From Amphiscolops sp. MND2022 (lineage: Eukaryota): 64,000 nucleotides of DNA. Of this stretch, positions 11,645-21,828 are shown one piece after another. The notes under the pieces are model-generated. The model was given only the letters and a program-made list of their open reading frames with translations, had not been told where the DNA came from and searched no databases. Position 1 is the first letter of the stretch. Each line of letters begins with the position of its first letter. Where the stretch lies: the NCBI GenBank assembly GCA_964187785.1, contig OZ076409.1:50408001-50472000 (forward strand). Reading direction: 5' to 3'. The position numbers and the translations under genes were made by a program.

Positions 11645-14395
11645 ACTAACATCTGAAACACTGCTTTTCCAACCACCAACCTCCTTCCATTAAGCAGAAA
11701 AATAAAAAAATTGCTTTTCTTCTAAACTTGAATGCAAAGTCAAAAGTATTCTTTGGGATGAGGTTGGCTTATATCTACACAAAAGCGACTCCGTTATTTA
11801 GTAGTCATTGTGAGTCGACTAAATTCTCTGAAATGTAATCCTATGATGTCCAATTAATATTTGAGTACCGTACTTTATAGTTGCAGCTACTGCTTATCAT
11901 TATAGTTTCGTTCATCGTGATTTTCGACTTGAATTGTGAACTGGAAATGAGCCGCTCTTTAGTGACCTCAGAATGCTATCTTCAGCTCATATTTACTCGA
12001 AAATTGCGATTCTCCAATGTTGTTTGATTGAATGACTCATGAACAATGGGCCGGCATTTACTCATAGATTTCGAGCTGATCAAGTGTGCATTCAAAGAAT
12101 TGGCAGCATTTTATTAAGGCCATGAATTCGTACCACGCATTTTCCTGAAATTAGTGTCAAATAATGCGCAATTGCTGGAATTGGCCCCCTGTCTTGTGTA
12201 ATGGGACTCGGCGGAACCCAGAAGTCCCGCTTATTTCCTGTCTACGTTGGTCCTTTGCGAATTCAAGAATTAAAATTGAAGTGTCCCACTGCGACCTCAA
12301 GTGAATATGTGAAAGGAATTATGACTTCATAGGAAAACTTCACAGGTCAGGCGTCGCTTTTATTACTGCAATCATCTGCCTTAATTTAAAGACATTATTT
12401 TCATTACGTGCTATGCGAACACGTAGAAATTCTATCGACATTTAGTTGTCGTTTTTTCCTGACCTTTCGGACCTATGAAAATAGTACATTGTGGTTTATT
12501 GATTTGCAAAGCCAAGATTGGTTTCGCCATTCCAATAGAATGAAACTTTGTCAAAAATGGCAGCTCGAAATGTTAATCTGATGATGAATTCTTGCTTTGT
12601 CTAATTTATGTATAGTTTGACGAATACAACCTCAATGAACCTGAACTGAAAGTGTGAAAAGATTCATTATTCTCCTATTTGAAATAATTTTATACACTGA
12701 TCGTAATAAATGAACAAATTTCTCTGCTTTCCATGAACGTATGATCTGAATATAATGAATAAATTCATATTTCAATTGTTGTTTCCCGTAACAGCTGAGC
12801 TAGACAAAGCAGTCTGTAGATGTGAAAATTAATTGAATTCTTTTCACCTTTGGCTTCCTATGCATTAGTTTAGTCCATGACGTAAGTTTTTTAGTCGTAG
12901 CGTTTTGAAGAACAGAATTACATTAAGCAAGTTTTATCTTTCCCCTCATTGTCGTGTCCACTTTTTTCAGGTTAGTAATTTGTATGGTCGAGTACTAGAT
13001 CGAAATCGCTTAGAAAGGGTCCCTGTCTATAATGGCCTGTTTACGAAACTAGAAAAGATGAAAGTTCTCCCTGTTAGAATTCTTATCGGTATTGTAAGAT
13101 TTTGAAGTTCCAAAAGGTTTCCCCTGTGTATTCTTAAAAATTTTGCACCACGTAGAAAAGAGCCTGAAGGGTACCACTTGATTCATCAAGCACTGGATTT
13201 TACGCTTTTTGATCTTCAATCGGGGCGCTGACGTAGACTGTTTTCTTGCCACGAGTCACGTGCCATGGAAACTAACTAGTCCACTTTTTACAGACAATCT
13301 AAGATCTGAAGAGCATCGAAAGGAGCTAAAGGTTCTACCTTTCATTATTGTACTTTATCTTGAATTATATTGTACTTGAGATCGATGGGTTCCATCTTTT
13401 TTGGTGTTGAGGTTTTCTAAAAGAAAGCCGCATTGCGACTGATTGAAAAAAAATCCGAGACGCGAAATACTTATTACAAAGTGTTTATCTACAGTGCTTT
13501 TCTTTACGTTCAATCCTGAAAATTCCTCACTGTTACAAAATCATTATTCGAGTTTAGATTTTTTCAGTGAAACTCATTTAGTTCGCATATTTCCTAAGAA
13601 ATTTACCTTGAACTGGAAAATTTGTCTCCATTTTTTAAATCGTTTTTATCTCTTCGAAATAGTAAAAAATATTGGAATTTGCTTCTTGGAGTTTTTTGCA
13701 ATTGCCTGAATATTGAGGAGCCCCACAAATGTAAAATTTTATAACCAAAATTTCCAAACCCCGAAAAATCAGAAGCCCAAATACGGTGTAACTGAAGACG
13801 TTGATCTTAGCTGATTTTTTTTCTTAGGGAAGATGGCAACAAGCGATCGTGCGTTGGTTGAAGTAATCTTTCGGAAGAGCTTTGGGAAGTGAGCTCAAAA
13901 GATTTTGACTTTACTTCGAGAAATATCTTTTGTCCAGACATTACTGACCCTCATTCAACTTGCCAGACTTTGTCTTAGATATTTTCAGTGATACTGATTC
14001 GTGCTGCATTTTCGTAACATTCCAAAAACAGGTCTGTTCCAAGAAGTCTATTTAGGAATAAAAGATTCACGTCCGCAATGTTTTATAAAAGATTTTATCC
14101 CGGAAAACTTCGAAAACATGAATTTTTCCCCGAATTTCTTTAGAAGTTGTGCATTTCCAGGAATTTTACCTCGTCGATTTTGGCACGAAGTTTTGCGAGT
14201 ATAGTTGAATTTTAAGGTAGGAGATACCACGTTTATAAGGTTTGAACCGACGAGGTACTACTAGTTCCGAGGTTTAATTTGGAAAAATCGACAGTGTGAT
14301 TCGATTTTTCAATTTAACTGAAGGGACGAGCTTAAGAAAACAATGAACAAGACGCCCGCTAAGCACCGGGATATTTTCCGCCGCCTTAAAAAAGC

Positions 14396-14469
14396 CCGGT
14401 GAAGACGAGATTCGAACCCACTGACTACTGCCTTATAGACGGTTGCACTGCCAACTGAGCCAAAGTAAC
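14396..14469 (-). pseudogene. tRNA-like sequence (pseudo-tRNA or SINE head)
   Basis: A box TGGCTCAGTTGG, B box GGTTCGAATC, anticodon-like loop CTATAAG and a downstream T6 run; the acceptor stem does not pair. Confidence 0.6.
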
Positions 14470-14497
14470 TAAATAAGTAATTACCAAAATAAGTAAT

Positions 14498-14573
14498 TGC
14501 CAAATTTGCACGATCTCCATCGACTTCAGTTAGTTAACTAACTGAAGTCGATGGAGATCGTGGAAATTTGGCA
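14498..14573. repeat. 76-bp spacer-less palindrome
   Basis: TGCCAAATTTGCACGATCTCCATCGACTTCAGTTAGTT|AACTAACTGAAGTCGATGGAGATCGTGGAAATTTGGCA, with one mismatched pair. Confidence 0.95.
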
Positions 14574-14616
14574 GAATTGTTTAAAAAAACGCAACACAGA
14601 TTATAAGCTTCCTCCC

Positions 14617-15784
14617 CTACACAATAAATTGAGGGGGCGGAAAATAAACGAAAAGCAAAACTAGGAGGCAGTCTTCTTTATGAGGTGTTGTCTCAAAATT
14701 GGTCACAAAATCAATATGGGAGCGACTGTCTGACCATTTCTGCATCATCGCTTCCCGCTCGTTGTCATGTGGAGTACCCATGTCAACATCTGGCGGAAAA
14801 TGTTGCGTGGGTTGAGGAAAGAACGGACTGACTTCCATTGGGACTGGGTGATTGCCGGGGTTACAGTTACTCGTAACAGGTCCCTGTCTTGATGGAGGGA
14901 AAAGCATAGTTCTGATAGGTGGTTCTGATGGTATGGCGCGGTTCACATGATTGTTCTGGTTTGTTCGTACCGGGGTGGAGGCTACAGACGGTTGAAACAA
15001 TACAATTTGTTCCCCATTTACATCAGGAGGTGGGGTCTGTGCTGGTGCTGTACTTTGGCTTTGCAGGGTGGGTTGAGAATATTGAGTCACGAAATGTCCT
15101 GAAAATAATCAATCGTCAATTTTGTACCGAAAATGATGATTCTCCTCACATGGTCAGATTTCATTACGATACATGAGTCGCAAAAGTGAATTTTTATCAT
15201 CAAGTGTAATATGTTTTCATTGTGAAATTCGTTTCACCAAATGTTTCACCAAAATATTTCACCAAAAGTTTCTTTGTTTTCATAAAAATTTGCCAAGAAA
15301 GGTGTGAATTTTTCAAAAAAGTTAGGATGAAAATACAACATGGATGTTTAGAAAAACATTCACCTGATTGTTGAGAAGCTCTTTGGGGGTATGACTGCTG
15401 GTGATGGTGATCAGCAGCGGAGGATACTAAACTCGAAGAGGCAAATTCATATGGATCGAACGCAGACAGAACATGATATGTTTGGCAATTTCTAGCATGT
15501 TGCATATGATTCGTCGAAGAGGAGACATCATGATCATCATGATTATCATGATCGTCATGATGTTGCTGATGCGCCTTCAGTTGTTGATTTATAATATTTT
15601 GGAGTTGAATGTGATTCGAATTAGACGAAGAATCAGAGGTTGACATTGTGAAAGACATATCATTGGTGGGAGCAGAAGTAGATGACGCAAATGCAGAGTT
15701 CGTCATCTGAAAGGTTGATGGTGGCAAAGTTTGCTGGGGGTGAGTGAGTTGTTGAAGGTGATGATTTGGAGCAGTGTTTAACAA
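14617..15784 (-). CDS. Orphan low-complexity (Q/H/S/P-rich) spliced coding region; exons about 15784-15364 and 15098-14617; ends uncertain
   Basis: Donor TCAG|GTGAAT at 15364 and acceptor TTTTCAG|GA at 15098 join two ORFs in frame (...SQQS-GHFVTQYSQP...). Confidence 0.5.
15162..15227 (+). repeat. TIR motif copy 1 (left orientation)
   Basis: CATTACGATACATGAGTCGCAAAAGTGAATTTTTATCATCAAGTGTAATATGTTTTCA is the reverse complement of 22973-23038 with a few mismatches. Confidence 0.85.
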
Positions 15785-15988
15785 TGTAAAAGATGTTTGA
15801 ATATATACACAAGGATTGAATTTCGCGTTGAGTCAAGCAGAGTTTGGAAATTCAGAAAATCTGGTTTGAAAATGAGCAACAATTGAAAATGAGCAGCAAG
15901 CAAACTAACAAGAGGTTGGTAATTAGGATTGTTTATAAGTAAGTTGAGATGGCTAATTTGGTTCAAGTGAAAAAATGGGAATTGAATA

Positions 15989-16073
15989 ATTAGGACTCAG
16001 AACAATAACAGACTCAAATCAAGCTGAAAAGTTTTCACCTTGATTTGAGTCTGTTATTATTCGGAGTCCGAAT
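15989..16073. repeat. Near spacer-less imperfect palindrome, with a further direct copy of one arm at about 16099-16140
   Basis: ATAACAGACTCAAATCAAGCTGAAAA-G-TTTTCACCTTGATTTGAGTCTGTTAT. Confidence 0.85.
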
Positions 16074-16445
16074 GAATACTAGTAAGTTGCTAATACTCAT
16101 TAGGACTCAAAATGTTAGCAGTCTCAAATCAAGCTGAAAATGAGAATTTGTTCCCAAGTTCAATAGATTATTTGTTCTCACCGATACAACATTGGCGAAA
16201 GTGTTAAGCCTCAAATCGAGTATTAAAATTTTCGCCACTAATGAAGCATTCAAAGAACCTATAAAAAATCAAATATACAATCTATTCCAGTTGTCAACAA
16301 GTTTTCAAGTTGAATAATGCAATTTTCCAAAGTTTTTCAATGCGGAAAACCATTACAATGCTTTGAGGAAGAATGTGGTCTTTGGCGATCTGCGTTTGTA
16401 AAAGAGTTCACCGGTACACATAAGGTAAGTTAATTTCTTTACAAA

Positions 16446-16566
16446 CACTGTAAAAACTTGTAAATAGTTTTACAAACTGCCTTGAGCAATTTTAATAGCC
16501 GTGAATATAAAAATTTCTCAAGACAGTTTGTAAAAAGAGCATTCTTTGTTTACGTTTTTGACAGTG
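16446..16566. mobile_element. Small element with CACTG...CAGTG ends (CACTA/EnSpm-like MITE)
   Basis: CACTGTAAAAAC ... GTTTTTGACAGTG; no clean TSD. Confidence 0.45.
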
Positions 16567-16745
16567 ATACTTTGAAAAACTGGTCAAGACAGTTCGTGAA
16601 AAACATACAAAAGAATATAGAATAAGATTGTATAGTATAGGAATACAAAAGAAGAGAAATATATGAAAGAAAATAGTATAAAATTTTGTATTGTACTCTT
16701 TTATAAATTCCTAATCTTTTGTTCTTAACTTAGATAAACTCGTTT

Positions 16746-16779
16746 AAAAATTCAATTTTGCGGCTCATGTATCGTAATG
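16746..16779 (-). repeat. TIR motif copy 2 (right orientation)
   Basis: AAAAATTCAATTTTGCGGCTCATGTATCGTAATG. Confidence 0.8.
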
Positions 16780-18138
16780 AAATATAATGAGTAATAGAAT
16801 TAGGGGGATTCCCAAATGGCCTTTCCTCAATGTTGCTACTCGTCGGAAGGGAGCGAAGCGCCCAAGTCATACAACAAATATAATAATCTCTTCAGATAAA
16901 GACCTGAAAATAAACGCTGAAATGGAGTTTTTCGACGCGATGAATAGGTAACTTTGATTTCGACTCAATGAATAGCCTCCGTAGAATTTTAAACTTTAAA
17001 CTATCTGCCTATTTTTTTGTATATCCTCAAAAATATGTAAAATATTAGGAATGTTGTATATACTTCAGTTACTCAGTTCAATATGTATCAAAGTAAAACT
17101 TCAGCTTTGGCTTTGCGACTGCTAGATGTTTTACGTTCGTAGAATTTCCGCACAGCAGAAAATGAAAGTTCGATCCCATACAGCAGAATATTTGTTTATG
17201 CTGCTCGGATTGGCTGGAATTTGAAAATGAATTGAAATCAGTTAGTTGAAAACGCGTGACGGATTGTGTAGGAATTACATATAACGTTATATTAGCTGTA
17301 ACAGCACTAAAAGCTAGTAATTCTTTTGACTGACAGTCATTGTATTGGATTGAATTATGTCGACCATAATTTTACGGGACCAAATTGGGACCAACGCAAA
17401 CGATGTCGACACAATGATATTCGAACCTTGTGACTTAATTGGGGGAGGGGGCGAAATGAGCACATGGTCCATTTATTTCCCTGAACTCTATATGGGAATA
17501 AAGAATTTTCATTTTCGGTATGAAAACTAAATAATTTATGATCATTCTTTCAAGAAATTGTTTAAAATCTTTTTTGTTAAATAAAGCCCCCCCCACAAAA
17601 TGCCTTGAAATTTTAGATCCCTACAACTATCATCACGATACATTAGCCGCAAAAGTGAATTTTTATCATCAAATAAACAGGAGAAAGTCATCATTTTTCT
17701 GAGTGCCTGCTGGAATGTCATTATTTTTAGGGGTGTCCATTTTTTTTGAAAATTGGTAACATGCGTGTTCAATAAATGATTATGGGTAAACACTTCTACT
17801 CATTCTATTATTGTATTTTATTTATTAATCATTGAATCTTTTATATCAACAAAAAAGAAATTATTTGAACACTCAAATGAATAAACCAATTATATTTGGA
17901 CCTGTTAGAATAAAAAACAACTATTCTTGAGATAACTAAAACTAAGAACATTTAATTTAACTTATCGTCAGCGCATTAAATTCGCACTCAATCTATATTA
18001 TTCCAATCAACGCAATTTGTTGAGCGATGCAAAATGACTAATTTCGCACTGCTGAACAAAGTGTGTTGATTGAATACTTGTAACCAATAGGATTTCAGTA
18101 CTTTATAATATAAAGTTCTGAAATCGTATTGGTAACAA

Positions 18139-18210
18139 AGATCAGTGGCATAAATGTTAGAACACGAGGCTGTCGAGCTCTAAGACTGGGTTCAATTCCC
18201 GGTGATGAAC
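18139..18210 (+). pseudogene. tRNA-like sequence with a GTC (Asp) anticodon-like loop
   Basis: T arm CTGGG-TTCAATT-CCCGG, loop CTGTCGA and a T7 run immediately downstream; acceptor and anticodon stems are imperfect. Confidence 0.55.
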
Positions 18211-18592
18211 ATTTTTTTCAAGGGTCATGTATCACAACGTGCCCTAAAATATTTTAAAAAATAAATTTCAGGCTGGGAAAAATAATGAATTGTAAGTTTT
18301 TCCCCATAAACACTTGTTTTTATTCTCAGCTAAAAACGGATATCAGCAAAAACTTAAATTGTTGAACTAAGTTCTGAACATCGTAAATAGACCAATATTT
18401 GTTGTTAGCCATCAAACAAGTGGTATAAACTAAGCGATAGATCTTATAAATGTTTTTACCCACAAACATTGATTGAATACGCCTAGTTATTTGCATCTGA
18501 TTTTCAATTTTTTGATAAATTGAAATTGTTAACCAAGTACACGACAGCATTTACCAAAAAAAGATTGTTTAGTTTACATTTGTCCTTTACAG

Positions 18593-19813
18593 GCGAACGT
18601 GAAATGGTTTAATTATACGAGTAGGCACGCTGCTGGTACCATAGAATGTCCGCCCCAATTCTATGATTTTCCTGAAAAATGGCCGATCCGGAATAACGAG
18701 CCAATGATGTTAGGATACAGTAGAAAGACAGAGTTAGTGCTGAGCCTAGAAGTCCTAGGATACATGAAGGACAAGCGTGTAAGGAACGATAAGATTTTTT
18801 TACACCCGATCATTAGACAAAGATGGACTGCTAACGGGAGATATCAAAGAGGGCTATGTGATGAAAAACGACCCTTTCCTTAAAAAATGCTGGTATCCCC
18901 AATTATGGTACCCATTGTGGAAGGCAAATTTCTCGACGAGCAGCTTAAAGGAATTGATGTCACCACGATCTCATACTTCCAGCTTCGACCTGAACATTGT
19001 GAAACGTCCAGGAGAGGAAAGCACAAGAGAGCAACAGAGCAGCCGGAGGGAGAACGAGATGAAAGCGAGGACGAAGATGATCGATTCAACATTAGAATTC
19101 AGGTCCCATCGAAGAAGACAAAAGTTGTCAAGCAAAAGCCTGCTCTTATTGGCGGACCATCTGACCCATTTCTGAATAAGCCCAATGGTCGCGTGAATCT
19201 TGTCTGCATACCCATTAGTACGGGTGTGGTCATGAAAGGTGACACCCTGTCACTAATGGGAACTGATTGAAAAGTGAACGATCTGTATTTCTTGGAGAAT
19301 AAATTATTTCTGGAAGTCGAGAAACGAGACGATGCATTTTTTAAATCCACAGTCCCAATCAATTATATTAAAAAAGAATGTGTTTCCCCGGTCGAATTTC
19401 ACCCAGCAATGCCCCTTTATGAGGAACACTCATTGATTTATTGGGCCTACTCAAACTTACGGCATATATTGATGCATTCCTTCAACGGTGCGAGCAGAGT
19501 AAAGGACATCAGAAGAGATATTGCCCCATGTACTCCTGCGACACTGCACGCATTTGGCATTGGAGACGGCACGGTGACGTATAGTGTAAAATACGATGGC
19601 GCCTTATCCACTGCAAGTTGGGTCACCATACTGGGGGACGAATGGGACAAGGTTGCGGAAGGGACAGCTGTTGTGATGTCCATAAAGTTCAAAGAAGATA
19701 GAAGCTGTACCCTCAACTTTAATAGGAATATATTTGTGCAAGCTACTCTCGTATCCAATGTAAACTTCAAAACAATGGAGAATTACAGAATGCATGTCAA
19801 GGAGCATTGTTAA
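18593..19813 (+). pseudogene. Orphan ~400-codon exon in one frame with two in-frame stops (TAA 18881, TGA 19268)
   Basis: ORFs 18599-18883, 18887-19270 and 19274-19813 are contiguous in the same frame, follow a TTGTCCTTTACAG acceptor and are GC-richer than their flanks; family not recognised. Confidence 0.65.
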
Positions 19814-19976
19814 CTGGTACATAATTTATGTTTGACAATTTTTCAATTCAATTTGTGTTCCGATTTTTTTCTTTCATGATCAAACATTCTAAATTTGTTA
19901 AACTTACAGTAAGATATGTTCAGGAACCGTCCTATTGGACAGCGTGCTGTCGATCGTCACTGCAACTGTAGAGCTA

Positions 19977-21499
19977 CCCTAGTCGAGCCTGCACGAACTT
20001 TTTGCATGTTGCATGAATGCATGCAGGGAAACTTTTTAAAAAACCTAGAAAATTCATGGATCATGCAGGGAAAAATCTTGTAAAACTTTCCTGCATCTTT
20101 GAAAACTGATCAATTTTCAGATGAAAACTTTTAGAAAAAGACACTGCAGCCTATGAATTTTTGAGCAAGAGTTCACTTGAAAACGATGACTTCGCTCGAA
20201 ATCCTCTTCTGATAGAAAACAAAAAAAAATACACTAATATTGATAAGTGAAATTCAAAACAACAAATTTTAAAAATTTTTTTAAAAAATTTCAGTCTCAG
20301 TCTTACTTATAGTAGCTGAGGTTTTCGGGAACCATCTGACATCAAGAAACGGGACATCAAACTCGTAAAGAATCTGCAATAGTTGCAAGCAATCTTCCAC
20401 GACAGAAACGATTCCAGCGATATTGAAGCCGGCGTGAAAATATCGTCATTGAACAATTGTTGGGATCTACGTTCACTTTCTAAGAATTTTGAGTGTTTTT
20501 CGTTCCGAACGAGTCTCTGATTTTCTGCGAACCTTCAAATCATTCTTTCCTTTGATATGACAGCCACGAATGCTGCTTCTACATTGAATGGTTGTAAGTC
20601 CGATTTTATATATTTATATGATTCATCTTTTGAAAGCTAAATGACAGCAAGAGGACAAAAGCATGATCGTTCTGGGCATATTGTTGCTCAGCTATGGGAC
20701 TATGTATGGAAGTTATCACATCTGTTCCTTTATTCATTTGAATGCTCCAAGCTATTATCGTTCGTTGAAAATCTCCACCATCGAAGAAAGATTCAATTTC
20801 AACTCGGGCTTGATGCTGCGACGACAACAATCTCTTGGCCTTTTCGACTTCTCGTCTCAATATTTCAAAATGATAAATGTTATTCGAAATTTTGAAAAAA
20901 AATTTCACGTCGAATGAAGAAAGTTTTGATTTTTTTGTTCCTTCTGAGAACTTTTTACTGAGAATAGCGTCAGTTCTTTTTTTTCCTTTTGATTCTCGAT
21001 TTTAATAGGTAATAGGAAAGTCAAACTATGAAGTTTTAAACAGTCCAATGAAAATCGCTCATTTTCGACATTACGCTCTAAAGTAGTTCCATCAAGTTTT
21101 TCCCAGGATACCATGAACTCTTATAACTTTCTGCCCTAATGACTTGAAGTCGTGACAAATTTTCTATGACCTTATGTTTTTCAGGCGAAAAAAAATTGAA
21201 CCGCGCTGACGATTTTGAGACGAATTTCTTTGCTTCAGTGGCACATTTAGATGAGTTCACATCAGACAAAAGTTTTGCGGGTTTTCGTCCTCTACAACTT
21301 TGATGCTGCTTATAAAACCCGCCAAATTGTGCATAAACCTTGATTAAAACTAATAAGCTGATAATTAACTTGAATAATTATCAGCTCAACGGCGAAATTT
21401 TCGAGCATGAAAATAATTCAAAGAATCACCCAAAACTTTATTAAAAGTATCAGGCAACCTATAAAAGCATGTAAAGTGTTCATGCACTGTGAACAAAGG
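19977..21499. mobile_element. Putative nested non-autonomous TIR element flanked by TA
   Basis: TA|CCCTAGTCGAGCCTGCACGAAC ... GTTCATGCACTGTGAACAAAGG|TA, weak imperfect TIRs with TGCA-rich subtermini. Confidence 0.4.
20766..20866 (-). pseudogene. HSPA5: Isolated BiP/GRP78 (HSP70) coding fragment
   Basis: [31 protein letters not shown] matches the BiP-type segment [25 protein letters not shown]; flanks show no HSP70 similarity. Confidence 0.8.
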
Positions 21500-21620
21500 T
21501 ACCAACAGGGGTGTGCATGCAATAATCTATCGGAAGATCAATAAATTATTGCAAAAAATAATATATTAGAAAGCTTTTCACTATGAATAATTTATTGGCA
21601 GGAAATAATTAATAAAATAA

Positions 21621-21828
21621 TTAAAATGATAACATGAGACCAAATAACACAGCAACTGTGACGAATGTGCACGCTTGATTTCTTAGTTTGATTTCCATTT
21701 TACGGCCTGTAATGAGCTGTGACGTCATAGTTAAAATGATAACATAAGACCAAATAACACAGCAACTGTGACGAATGTGCATGCTTGATTTCTTAGTTTG
21801 ACTTCCATTTTACGGCCTGTAATGAGCT
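21621..21828 (+). repeat. Two-copy 110-bp tandem repeat; inverted partial copies (AGCTCATCACAG...GTAAA) at 21893-22050
   Basis: TTAAAATGATAACAT...TTTTACGGCCTGTAATGAGCT starts at 21621 and at 21731. Confidence 0.85.

Noticed and set aside
12040..12260. Possible minus-strand exon after a TTTCAG acceptor
   Set aside because: All frames close within about 30 codons and nothing is recognisable
14396..14469. Functional tRNA gene
   Set aside because: The acceptor stem cannot pair; the same applies to 18139-18210
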